A stretch of DNA of 62,864 bases, filler included, from Octopus bimaculoides (Eukaryota), in NCBI RefSeq assembly GCF_001194135.2. It is 13 parts of 12 records of this genome, joined end to end, with 100 filler letters (N's around TTAATTAATTAA, not from the genome) between each part and the next. Parts side by side here need not be neighbours in the genome. Positions count along the whole stretch, not along the records: positions 5,326 to 13,346 come from NC_068993.1; positions 13,447 to 21,941 come from NC_068997.1; positions 22,042 to 46,230 come from NC_068989.1; 10 more parts are not named here. One strand, 5' to 3'. Below the pieces are notes generated by a model, which ran no database searches, was not told the origin of the DNA, and worked only from the letters and a program-made list of their open reading frames with translations. The position numbers and the translations under genes were made by a program. Below are positions 12,585-24,293 of the stretch, piece after piece; the stretch's first letter is position 1, and each line of letters begins with the position of its first letter.

Positions 12585-13318
12585 ATACACTATCTCATGT
12601 CTATTTTTTGCACTGTACCCATCAATTTTAATAATGCACAAATAACAATCGTCAACATGGTTACTCGGCTTTCGCCACACCACTGGCATTCCAAAGGGCA
12701 TTTCGTTTTTACTTACAGGCTTTCTCAGCCTCTCCACACGAATGCGACACGAATACTTTATGTGAAGCCCAAGGTTTGCCTTCATCACCAAGCATAACAC
12801 CACAGTAAGTGAAGTTATATTTTGTCTCTGATTAGTGACTACCTGCCACAAATGTAGCAGAACATGTCTGGATTGTTCACGCACTTACGTCTATATGCAT
12901 TCATTCTCAATCGAGTTTATACGTAAATATCGCCAACGACTGACCTCTGCAGCTAATGAAACAACATTAGAACATCAGTTAGAAATCATGAACACAACTT
13001 TTCAAGGTCACGTCATCTGTCAGAGTTGCCAACAATTGTTTGATAAACTTTACATTTACCGCTATTTTACGCTTACTTATGTAGGTCAGCATTGGTTTAT
13101 AGCAATCTATTCTTTTTTTGCTTTTTAGCAAATTAAATCAGATAATCACTGTCATCTGATTCCCTGATACCATAAAACAGGAAAAAAACAAAAAATAAAA
13201 AGCTTTATTACAGGAAAAATAGACATGATGGAGAAAAAAACTAACAGCTCTGAAATCAGCGGAAGAATTGCTCTAAAATATGTAGATATTTAAACATAGA
13301 AAATCATGCAGACTTGTG
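12585..13318 (-). mobile_element. Chapaev3-like (CMC superfamily) DNA transposon: 5' terminus and N-terminal zinc-binding part of the transposase
   Basis: Minus strand gives CVNNPDMFCYICG, GVMLGDEGKPWASHKV and MPFGMPVVWRKPSNHVDDCYLC (cf. CxNxPDxFCYICG...LGDQDKxWAPH...MxFAxPMxWREPxxHxxDCYFC). Putative terminus CACAAG at 13318. Confidence 0.7.
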
Positions 13319-13649
13319 ATATGTGTTTGTATATATATATATATATNNNNNNNNNNNNNNNNNNNNNNNNNNNNNNNNNNNNNNNNNNNNTTAATTAATT
13401 AANNNNNNNNNNNNNNNNNNNNNNNNNNNNNNNNNNNNNNNNNNNNGATCTGCTCGCAATTCAAAAAACGCTGCTGGGTTGATCTAAATCGTGTTGAAAT
13501 GGATATTATACTTGTTATCCTTTTTGAATTTCAAAGACTCAGAAACATGTCTCTGGGTGGAAGTGCTTGTCTCCCCCTTGTAAACATAAGGACACAGGAA
13601 ATGTGTCAAGGCCGACAGGAAGCGGTGCAGCTTCCTAGGTCTAACCAAC

Positions 13650-13860
13650 TGTAGTATTATTCCCTTCAGGGGACTGTCACATTAAGTTGACAGCATACAA
13701 CTACTATACCAGAAAATATCATGCTGAATCTCCCTGAGAACTACATTAAAGGAATGCAGTGTCTGTGGAGTACTCAGCCACTTGCATGTTAACTTCACAA
13801 GTAGACTGTTGCATTGATTGGATCAACTGGAATCCTCACCACCATATCCAGCAGAGTGCT
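13650..13860 (+). mobile_element. SINE 3' portion (related reverse copy at about 42300-42450)
   Basis: ctgaatctccctgagaactac.ttaa.gg...tgtctgtggagt.ctcagcc is shared, inverted, with ggctgagcattccacagatacgtgtatccttaacgtagttct at 42380-42420. Confidence 0.6.
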
Positions 13861-14951
13861 AGTTATTGTTGACGTTGTACTTTGTCAGTTAAGATAGCGA
13901 TAATTTCTCTCATTCCCTGTGCCTTCTTCATAGTCTACCATTGGAGAACAACCTATATTTAAAAGTAATATTTATCCCCACTTAAACATGGATATTCTGT
14001 TAGAAGAAACTATACTGCAGAAGACAACATGAAAGAAATTCTCATATTGGCTTTTTGGTGCAAAATGCACTTTTGCTTATATTGCTAGTGGGGAGATGCC
14101 TCCTCTCTACCTCCAGCACCAGGCCACCAAATCACATATTTAAAGGAAGACTCAGTGAGAAATAAACAAACACCATTCTTTGCCATTACTGTATAACATG
14201 GAAATTCAAAAGTCATGTGTTTGGTGATATGACACTGCTAAACAATATACATTTTTGCAGCAATTTACTGACAAGAGGTTGGAACCAAGAGACACATGAT
14301 ATCTCTTCCCTAGCCTTTCTTTTGTTACATCTACTATTTCTTTCACCAAACATCTAAACGTCCTTGTCTTCTAAATATCTGACACTAAAGGTTAGATTGG
14401 TCTTCCCTGAGGAGGTTTAATAAGACCAAAATATGTATAGTTATTAATACACTACCAAAATCAGACTAACTCCCCTCACCTATTGTATTCTATATTAATG
14501 AAATTTGGGGTTGTGCCCCTTGGCTCTTTTGTTTTTTTTTAACCAGAATTAACCATTAAGCTAGTGATAACTTTCTTCCTGTTATGGTTGAAGTTTGGTT
14601 TGAAATTTCTTCGCTTGATATATTGTTATCTTTGGTTCTAACATAGAATTTAACCGGGAATTATAAGATGTGAAGGTCTGGCAGGAACTGAACATATTTC
14701 AATACTAGATGCACACGAGTGCTCACACACATACACACATACAACTACACATACAAACAAAAAGATACATATACATGCACACACAGAAATTCATATGCAC
14801 AAGTATACATACACACAAGCAAATACATGCACTCAGATATGCATACAGATATGCACACACACAACGAATGCATGCAAAGGCACACACAAACATACCCATA
14901 CATGCACACTGCATACACACGCTGAGACACACATAAATAAAAGCAAGATAA

Positions 14952-14989
<38 letters not shown>

Positions 14990-15400
14990 AAATGTACGGA
15001 CAAAGATTACACATACATACACAACATACAGTACACGATTACACAGCAACACATACACACAATGAAACAGACAGAAAATCCAAATAGATGCACACACATA
15101 TGCACCCACACAAATACAACACAGAGAGGGGGGGGGGAGATATGAATATGTTTGATGTGATAGAAAGTAATTATCAGTCTGTATACTCTGTAGTCCCCTG
15201 GTTCTCGTATTTTGGTCACCATAAAAGTCTGCTCCGTAATAAAGGACTGGACTCTATAGAGTCCAAACATTGGCAGCACAAAGCCTTTTTTCATTATCTC
15301 CGTAAATCAATTCCATCCTTTGACGTCTGTTTGCAATAGTGTGCACATACAGCACACACACACACACATATATGCATGTACATATGTGTAGATATATATC

Positions 15401-15436
<36 letters not shown>

Positions 15437-16189
15437 GGAGAGAGTCCTAGGGGTAGGATGATCTTTTCATTCATGATTGAAATTGTGTTTTCTGGGTGAG
15501 TGAATAGTTTCCTATTGATATAAAGAGACTCATCAACAGAACGCTTTTAATAAATGTACACTCCAATCCTGTACTTTTCATGTGTGCTACATATGCATAC
15601 ATATATATATTACATATATACATGTATATACTGTACACACACTCACACATATACACACATATACATATGCACAGTGTGTTTGTTGGTCACTAGCAAATAT
15701 TCATTTAACCAATATATAATTTTAGTAATTGCTTATTAGTCTTTACAAGTCTCAACTCCCAAAACACTTACACAGCTATTGCGTTCAGAATATTTCCAAG
15801 AATTTTGTCATATTTGAAAATGAAAATTGGTCGACATTATTGATGATCTTCTATGTTAATCATTTTTCCAACTGTTGGAATAGATCCGAGTGTTTTATTT
15901 TTTTAATATCTATTTATTATTCATTTATTTATTTTTTTAGAACCAACCATTTATTGGTTTTTGCCAGTCATCAATCAGTTCATTGTTGTTGCTTTCATTC
16001 CTAACTCCCTAAGCCATTGGTAAATGTGTGTCTTCCATTGGCTGTATTTACACTGCAATTCCTTTACTAAACTGAAGTGAGACGAATATATATATAAGGA
16101 GAGGGAAATAAACAGACAATATTACTGGTAGTGTGGCAAAAACGAATCCAAAAACCATGTTACTTTATATATCCATGTACCTATGCATT

Positions 16190-16390
16190 GTTAGATAATC
16201 TCTCAATTTGGAGAGTACAGAGTATGGAATTCAACAAAAAACTGTACATCAACTTCATCAATTTCAAAAAGGACTTTGATGGTATACACAGACTGTTAGA
16301 ATAGCTGAGACTTATGGAATTCCTCAAAAGCTTAACACCTTAAAAAAACCTGCACAGGGATACATGCTGCTGTATCAGAACTTCAACATA
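16190..16390 (+). mobile_element. Degenerate LINE (RTE-like) RT fragment
   Basis: Translates to ...KLYINFINFKKDFDGIHR...YGIPQKL (cf. F.DFKKAFDSI.R...YGIP.K). Confidence 0.65.
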
Positions 16391-16415
16391 GTCTCAGGGG
16401 TGTGCCAAAGCTGCA

Positions 16416-16704
16416 TGTTTTGCGAAATTTTTCTGGAGAACATTATTTTTCTTTGTGGTTGGGTCGTTGATGACCTCATTCTAGCATATTGGATGTCCAC
16501 CTAGTGGTCATCCCTTATACATGTGTAATATATATATATATATAGGTACAGAACTAGCTGTGTGGTAGTAGCTTGCTTACCAACCACATGGTTCTGGGTT
16601 CAGTCCCACTGCACAGCACCTTGGACAAGTGTCTTCTCCTATAGCCTCAGGCCGACCAGAGCCTTGTGAGTGGATTTGGTAGACGGAACCTGAAAGAAGC
16701 TTGT

Positions 16705-16762
<58 letters not shown>

Positions 16763-16989
16763 TATGGTTGTGTGTCTGTGTTTGTCCCCACACCATTGCT
16801 TGACAACTGATGTTGGTTTGTTTACATACCCGTAACTAGTGGCACTAGTCTTGCCCGCTTATGTTCTGGTGTTTTGCAAAATTTTTTTCTGGAGAACGTT
16901 ATTTTTCTTTGTGGTTGGGTCGTTGATGACCTCTTTCTAGCATATAGGATGTCCACCTAGTGGTCATCCCTTCTTATACACATGTAATA
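16416..16989 (+). repeat. About 115-bp direct repeats (16416-16530, 16870-16989) flanking a family A SINE (16545-16838)
   Basis: Both copies contain ttctggagaac.ttatttttctttgtggttgggtcgttgatgacctc.ttctagcatat.ggatgtccacctagtggtcatccctt. Confidence 0.9.
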
Positions 16990-17623
16990 CAATTTTTCTG
17001 AATTTTCATTTTTTTTTATATGTTAGGCCACTGGGTTTTAAATTGAATTAATATTCAATTTATCACCCTCTATATATAAATATATAGATAGATATAGATA
17101 TATACATGTATATGATATAGACATAAGAATCAAATTTAAGCAAATGCAACTCACCTATAGATTTATATTTATTCAGCCCTAGATTCAAGACACATGAATT
17201 TCTCCAAAAGTATATTCAATACATTAAAAATATACATATAAAAACATAAATATATAAATATATGCTCTAAAAATATATTGAAAAATAAATGCATATACAG
17301 GTCGACTTAGAGATTATAAAACAATCATAAAAAGAACCAAGAGTATAAGATAAAAAGTTTGAGTGTTACTAATCCAGTTAATAACCTTATTGCTTTTCTG
17401 TGGGGGTACGGTTGTCCAGTCATAAAAAAATATTTACATCCATTTTTGGACATCAGAGAAAATTAATTCTTTAAAAGGCTCACATACTGTGCTTTTCTAA
17501 TGAGAATTAACTACTGTGTTTTTATAGAGCTATATGTAAAAGATGGGGAGGAGGAAATACAAAGCATGAAGACATAAGGTTACTGATGGCTCTATAGGTA
17601 TATATATATACCTATATGCACCA

Positions 17624-17696
17624 GTCCTCAGTCAAATCGTCCAACCCATGCTAGCATGGAAAGCGGACGTTAAACGATGATGATGATGATGATGAT
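17624..17696 (+). mobile_element. Short 3' end of family D retroposon, (GAT)n tail
   Basis: cgtccaacccatgctagcatggaaagcggacgttaaacgatgatgatg; also at 34950, 49975 and reversed at 47350, 50790. Confidence 0.8.
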
Positions 17697-18745
17697 ATAT
17701 ATATTGGAGAGCAAAATAAAACTAAAGATTTGGTTAAAATTTTTATTATAACATCACAAATTATGTAATCTTAACATTTCACCTGCATTTACATATAAGC
17801 CATCCACTAATCCTTACATACATAGTTACATAATTACCTTACAATATCAAATCATCAGAAGAAAAATGTAATTTAATCCATTGTTTTGTAGGCAGAGCTA
17901 AACTGAGAAGTGTATGTATATTCAATAGATTCTTCTATATATACAGCCATTAAGGAAAGGAGTTTCATTATTATTATTGTATCAGATAAAAAAAGAAAGA
18001 GAGAGAGGAAAACTGGTTTCTAAGTGCAGTCAAGTTCTCCAGGGAAGAGAAGAAATTTGGTTCCTAAACTATCTAGATCAAAGAAAGTAATGTTGATAAA
18101 TGGCAAAGTATTCAGTTGCAGTAGAATCAATTGGACAAGCATTGATAATTTGACACCCTCTTTGATCTTGATAGTTTAGGAGTTAAATTTCTTCTCTTCC
18201 CCTGACATCCTAACTGCACTTGTAACTAATTTCTGTCTCTTTCCCTCTTTTTTTTTTATCACACTTATAATAAATATTAATAAAATTCTTTTCTTTGATT
18301 CTTATGTTTACAAGATTTTATTGAACAGACTTGCAGTTTTCAGCATGTATTTGCCTATCACTTGACATTAGTAACCAGCAAAGGATTAAATTACATTTTT
18401 CTTCTGATGATCTTGTGTTCTAAGGTGATTATGTAATTCTCTGTTAAGATTACTGCATGGAATGCTAGTATACAGTAGGGAAAGACATGTGAAGATTATA
18501 TAATTTATGATGTTGTAATAAACGTTTTCACCAAATCTGTTTTATTTTGCTCTTGCATATAAATTCCGTTAAGTCATTCAAATATATATAGTACCAAACA
18601 AAAACCTGAGGGAAAATTATGTTTAATACTTTATTCGAAGTTGGACAAATGTGGATTTAAGTGGAGTTCTAAGTAATGCTTAACTGTTGAGCTATCTCGT
18701 TCAAAATAGCAACATGTCAAAATGTATACATGACAGGCTTCTTTC

Positions 18746-18790
18746 AGTCTTATAAACCAGGGATTGTGAGTTCAATTCTCACTGGGTGCT
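18746..18790 (+). pseudogene. tRNA-Thr-like 3' half fragment
   Basis: gtcttataaaccagggattgtgagttcaattctcactgg resembles GTCTTGTAAACCAGGGGTCGTGAGTTCAATTCTCAC; no D-arm. Confidence 0.5.
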
Positions 18791-18815
18791 TCATGGAGAG
18801 TACATTTTATCGATG

Positions 18816-19014
18816 CAGGAATGGCTGTGTGGTAAGAAGCTTGCTTCCCAACCACATGGCTCTAAGTTCAGTCCCACTGCATGGCATCTTAGTTAAGTGT
18901 CTTCTACTATAGACTCAGGTCAACCAAAGCCTGTGAGTGGATTTGATAGACAGAAACTGAAAGAAGGCCATTGTGTGTATGTATGTATATTTATATATAT
19001 ATATATATATATAG

Positions 19015-19047
<33 letters not shown>

Positions 19048-20148
19048 GATAGATAGATAGATACACACACATACATATATATACAGGGTGCAGTGAATAT
19101 ATTGTCATCTAAACTTTGCAAAATGGAAAATAACACTGACATGTCAGTTATATTTACCAAAATTACATAAAAATATCTTGAAATACCAAAGAGTAAATTT
19201 ATTCAATAGAATCGCCATTGGTTTCAACCATGCCCTTCAGACAACTTGGGAAATTTCTGCAACTCTTCTGGACAGTTTCCTTGTCTAATGCTTCCATAAT
19301 CCTTGCCTTCATTTCATCTTTGGTGTTACAAGGAGTTTTGATGGTCGCTCACTCAACTGTGCCTTACACATAATAATCAAAGGGGTTGCTGTCTGGGGAG
19401 TTAGGTGACCACATGTTAAGGGTAATGTGGTCACAGAAATTGTCTGACAGCCATGACTGGGTTCTCCTGCTTGTGTGATATAGTGCAGAATCCTGTTGCC
19501 AGACATAGGGTCTTCTAGCAGCCACCCTCTTGACCCAGGGCAGCACTACCACCTCTAGGGCCTTCATGTTGAGTATGAGGCCATGTAGGAAGATGAATGG
19601 AGGGATAATGTCACCATAACTAGTTATCACTCCAAACACCATGGTATTGATTGGATGTTTAATTTTTATCACTCTCTGTACATGCACTGTCCTCAGATTG
19701 ACACCCAGTCACTCTGAAATGTTATTATTGGAGCTTCTGGTGTGAATGCCAAGTAGTATAGAATGTTGTTGCCAAATTTCTGGTGCTGTTTTTCTCGTGG
19801 ATGGTACCCGTCTGACCCTACTAAACTGTATAGTTTAAAAATCAAGAACAAGCAATGTGCATGCATGAAATTAAGAGTTTGGAATGGCGACAATTTACCC
19901 ATCGCACCCAGTATATGTATATATTTGTGTGTGTGTGTGTGTGTGTGTGTATTAGTCCACCCTGTCATCACTTGACAACTGACGCTGGTGTGTTAATGTC
20001 CCTGTAACTTAGCAGTTTGACAAAAGCGACAGATATAATAAGTACTAGGCTTACAGAGATTAAGTACTTGGATTGATTTCTTTGACTAAAAACTTTTAAG
20101 ATGGTGCTCCAGCATGACTGCAGTCAAATGACTGAAACAAGTAAAAAA
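18816..20148 (+). mobile_element. Family A SINE split by a DNA transposon in its internal (TA)n tract
   Basis: 5' half at 18816-18975; 3' half resumes at about 19945 (ccctgtcatcacttgacaactgacgctgg...gactgaaacaagtaaa). Confidence 0.85.
19084..19911 (-). mobile_element. Internally deleted Tc1/mariner DD37D (maT-like) transposon with both TIRs and TA TSD
   Basis: Left TA|CAGGGTGCAGTGAATATATTGTC; right (reverse complement) TA|CTGGGTGCGATGGGTAAATTGTC. Protein: MVFGVITSYG...PYVWQQDSALYHTSRRTQSWL...WSPNSPDSNPFDYYV. Confidence 0.88.
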
Positions 20149-20166
20149 TTTATAAAAATACATGTA

Positions 20167-20261
<95 letters not shown>

Positions 20262-20263
<2 letters not shown>

Positions 20264-20990
20264 TTTATGCTTTTAAAAGTAGCAGAAATATAACAAAAGC
20301 TGTTATTCAGAGTTTCACGTTCCTGTTTGTCGGACAGTTTTGTTAAAATAGAACAGAAAATAGACTAGTTAAAGGATATACCTTCAAAAATGGATTTGTT
20401 TCATTGGTCCTTTCAATTAACGGTCTTAAGCATGCAAAGAACAAAATAAACAGATGAATGAATTCAATATAAATTCATCCTATTATAAAAATCGAGGAAA
20501 ACATTAAATCGAAGAGCAGATTCAAAATACATATTGCAAATAATTATATATGAAATATAATTCGATTAATACATTAAAAATTAAAATTAAAATTTCCACA
20601 TTGTATTACATGAATATTTTACATCAGTATATACGCAATCTAAACCATTAATATACATATATACATCAAAATACACAGATGGATGCGCACAGACTATATA
20701 CGTATATAGACATATATATGTGAGACGTAAATATACACACAAATACACGTATACACATGTATACGTATGTACGCAATCAAAACTTTTAAAGGTGTATCTT
20801 TTAACCAGTTTTGATCATATCGTTATTTCTGTTCTATTTTAACAAAACTGTCTGACGAACGGGAACGTGAAACTCTGAGTAACAGCTTTTGTTATATTTC
20901 TGCTGCTTTTAAATGAAGCATATTACTCTACCTCTGGTATTTGAATACTCTTTTTTCCACCTTGTTTCACATTTATGTGCTTACTCCGGT
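20262..20990. mobile_element. Inverted pair of Penelope-like termini (arms about 20268-20392 and 20780-20920) around an AT-rich spacer
   Basis: Left arm ...taacaaaagctgttattcagagtttcacgttcctgtttgtcggacagttttgttaaaatagaacag is the near reverse complement of right arm ctgttctattttaacaaaactgtctgacgaacgggaacgtgaaactctgagtaacagcttttgtta. Confidence 0.7.
20840..20894 (+). ncRNA. Type I hammerhead ribozyme, intact core (probably dimer-dependent)
   Basis: Stem I TAACAAAACTGT/ACAG(C)TTTTGTTA; CUGACGA at 20852-20858; stem II ACG-ggaa-CGT; GAAA at 20869-20872; stem III ACTC-t-GAGT; GUA cleavage triplet, cut after 20881. Confidence 0.75.
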
Positions 20991-21014
20991 ATATATATTT
21001 ATATATATAGATGA

Positions 21015-21095
<81 letters not shown>

Positions 21096-21860
21096 ATATA
21101 TATAATATATGTATATACACACACATGCACATACATATATATATATATATACACATGTATGCATGTATGTGCACATGTGTGTGTTTGGGTGTATGTGTAT
21201 TTATATATGTTTATTGGAGAGCATATAAGCTGACAGTATTTCCTATTTGCAACTACTCCTTATGTAATCACTCCTTACTTGAAACTTTTAGTTGCAATGA
21301 ATGATAAAAATAGACAATCACACAAACTGACTCTCAGTCTCATACACACACACACATGATGATATATATCTGTATATATATGTATACATATATAGGTGTT
21401 TGTGAATGTATGTATATGTATACCACCAAAGTTATTTACTTTGAAAGTCTACGAAGTAAATTTGATGATGTTTACCTCCGATAAGTAGCAATACAGTCAT
21501 TTAATGCCTTCATCATACTGTCCTGTTGTTGTCATCCGCATCATCATCATCACCAAATTCATCATTCCTATGGCTCTTATAGTTGTTGTTGAGTTTGGTA
21601 CTTATAGGAAACCATCTTCAACACCAATTTAGACTGTCGGCAGAAGACATCAGATTCCATTCGGGAATTCCAGTTCCTTGCCACAGATGGAAATTATAGA
21701 CTGTCTCTGGTTCTTTATTGAACCACCAAAGGATACTTGACTTTTTTGTGAGGGGTGTGGATGTATAGGTATTACATAATATTAAAACAGATGAATGTGT
21801 GTTTTATATATATATATATATATACATATATATCTTTACATATATGTATATGTATGTATG

Positions 21861-21941
<81 letters not shown>

Positions 21942-22356
21942 NNNNNNNNNNNNNNNNNNNNNNNNNNNNNNNNNNNNNNNNNNNNTTAATTAATTAANNN
22001 NNNNNNNNNNNNNNNNNNNNNNNNNNNNNNNNNNNNNNNNNTGTGTGTGTGTGTGTGTGTGTGTGTGTTTGTGTTTGTGTGTGTGTGTGTGTGAATCAAA
22101 GTAAAGAAAGACAAACCCATTTTCACTTCCATGCGGATGACTGAGTTTCCATTTCTAGTACTTGTAATTTTTTTCAGGCAGAGTATGTTTAATGTTCATC
22201 TGATTTTTGGTGTGTTAGTATATCATATACTCGTGATGGGCAACTGAGTATTAACAATAAACATATTATCAACAATAGCATTAATAATAACGTTAACAAT
22301 GAATATATTATTTAGCTGACAGCAATAAAATTAAAATAAGTGAATGCATTACTTAC

Positions 22357-22445
22357 ACAGAAATCTTCCAACATTTTCGTTATTTCTTTTGTATTTTCTT
22401 TTTCGATTTTCTTCGTTGTTATTTCGTCGACGTTAATGGATATTT
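22357..22445 (-). other. Candidate internal exon (89 nt)
   Basis: Acceptor tactctgtatcttctag| and donor |gtaagt. Open frame (x)AA-ISINVDEITTKKIEKENTKEITKMLEDFC. No recognisable homology. Confidence 0.35.
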
Positions 22446-22705
22446 CTAGAAGATACAGAGTAACAATATAGGTTGTTATTCATCTTGAAAGCAGTCTCAT
22501 CAAATATCACGGTGGTCGATTATGTCTTTCATTGTTCCGGAGTCAATAAAATACGTACCAACAACATTGATATGAAAAGGAATACGGGACAATAAGGAAT
22601 AAAGGCGTAATCAACCAACCTCAGTGGTATTTGAAGAGATTACGTTTGAATTATCAGTATTAGAGAGATTAAATTGAGCACAGCTATACCCTCATTTGTA
22701 TCCTT

Positions 22706-22710
22706 GTGTC

Positions 22711-22785
<75 letters not shown>

Positions 22786-22809
22786 CCTTTCTACAATAGG
22801 CACAAGGCC

Positions 22810-22852
<43 letters not shown>
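22706..22852. repeat. (TAA)n microsatellite containing a SINE B tail fragment
   Basis: (aat)n-cctttctacaataggcacaaggcc-(aat)n. Confidence 0.9.
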
Positions 22853-22862
22853 NNNNNNNNNN

Positions 22863-23272
22863 ACCTTAACCAGTTGAGCATGTCCCTTGGTGGCTGACGA
22901 TATGTGCATCTCTGATCACGAGCAGAAGTAGTGGGGGAGCATCATAGTCATGTGTTGAGAGGAATTCTTTGGGGTTTGAATAATTCACCTTTGGAAACAC
23001 GGATGTTTTGCTCAACATCCTTAAACAAACCTTATTCAGGGAATTTTTGAGCGGAATGGGATACTCGACCTGAAGAAAACTCTAACTGGGCCCCACCTGC
23101 GAGATCATGCGCTGTTTATCTTGATGTGAGATCACCATGTCGCGCACATATGGTTGTGATGCATGTGCCTGGCGTACCCTTATCAGATGGGTAGTCATGA
23201 CAGGTATAATGGGCTTCGTATATTTTACCCCAGTGTCACTTTGATGGCATGCACTGCTCTCTCACACAATAA
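22863..23272. mobile_element. Interspersed repeat of unresolved class, bounded by (AAT)n
   Basis: GC-richer non-coding block between (TAA)n arrays. I recall it as a recurrent octopus repeat; class and orientation cannot be determined from the window. Confidence 0.4.
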
Positions 23273-23279
23273 TAATTAT

Positions 23280-23640
23280 ACCAAATGACATGAATGTTGT
23301 GAGTAAAGAGGTTGAAAAAATCACCAAGTACTCCGAATTGAAAGTGGAAATGGACAGACTGAATGGAATGCGAGAGGGTAATGTAAAAGTGATACCAGTG
23401 GTGATCGGAGCGTTGGGCTCAATCCAATTGAAACTTCAAGACTTCTTAAGGCAGCTGGAAATCCCATGCAAGGTTGATGTCTTGCAAAAAGCAGCGTTAT
23501 TGGGCACAGCGCACGTCTTAAGGAAAGTATTATCTGTTTGAGATCCTTGCTGTGACTTGACAGATGACTAAAGATTCCGGTGCGTTTATACCTACACTGT
23601 GTTACGAAGGAGGAAGAAGAAGAAGAAGAAGAAGAAGAAG
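23280..23640 (+). mobile_element. 3' end of RLE-bearing non-LTR retrotransposon (R4/Dong/HERO-like)
   Basis: EKITKYSEL...VKVIPVVIGALGSI...LQKAALLGTAHVLRKVL, the typical C-terminus of restriction-like-endonuclease LINEs, then a short 3' UTR and (GAA)n. Confidence 0.85.
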
Positions 23641-23889
23641 AAGAAGAAGAAGAAGAAGAAGAAGAAGAAGAAGAAGAATGAAAGGCAAAGTCTAACTTGG
23701 TAGATTTGAACTCGCACTCGTTAACGATTCTACCAGCTCAAAAGAAGTTACAACAGACTGACGTTTTAACTACAGTTACAATTATGTAAGAAGCACAAAA
23801 CTTAGTGTGTTTCTAATTTTCTAAATGAACTATTGGCAAAAATAAAAGTTTAAATGACGATAACAATAGCAGCACAACCAGTTACTCAC

Positions 23890-24002
23890 CGTTTGCTAAT
23901 GCTACTGGTTAAAGTGGGTATTCGATATAAGTCAACTTCAACAAATGAACAAGTAAAGAAGTATGTCACAAAAATAGGAGCCTCGTTGCCCGAGGACGTC
24001 AC
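23890..24002 (-). other. Candidate internal exon (113 nt)
   Basis: Acceptor cttttcttgattttcag| and donor |gtgagt. Only one open frame, VTSSGNEAPIFVTYFFTCSFVEVDLYRIPTLTSSISK. Confidence 0.35.
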
Positions 24003-24293
24003 CTGAAAATCAAGAAAAGTATTATGCCTTTGTTTTACCAAGAATGGTTGGGTTTACTACGTGTTCTTGACAAAGGATGCTTGGCTTCTATTTAGCTGAA
24101 TAAATGCTCTGACGCCTTAGGGAATGTCTGTTAGTTAAGACCAAAGATTATGCTCTAATGTAGGTGGATTTCGTGTCCTATCCTCCTCACCCAAGTCTGC
24201 ATTACTAGGGTTTCGTTCCAGGAACTTTTGTTTACAAAATTAACTGACTATAATATTTTCATTCCTCCAGTTGTTGAGAGGTTATGTGCCTCC

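Noticed and set aside
24190-24240. Minus-strand GAAACcctaGTA as a second hammerhead half
   Set aside because: No properly placed CUGANGA or stem I partner.
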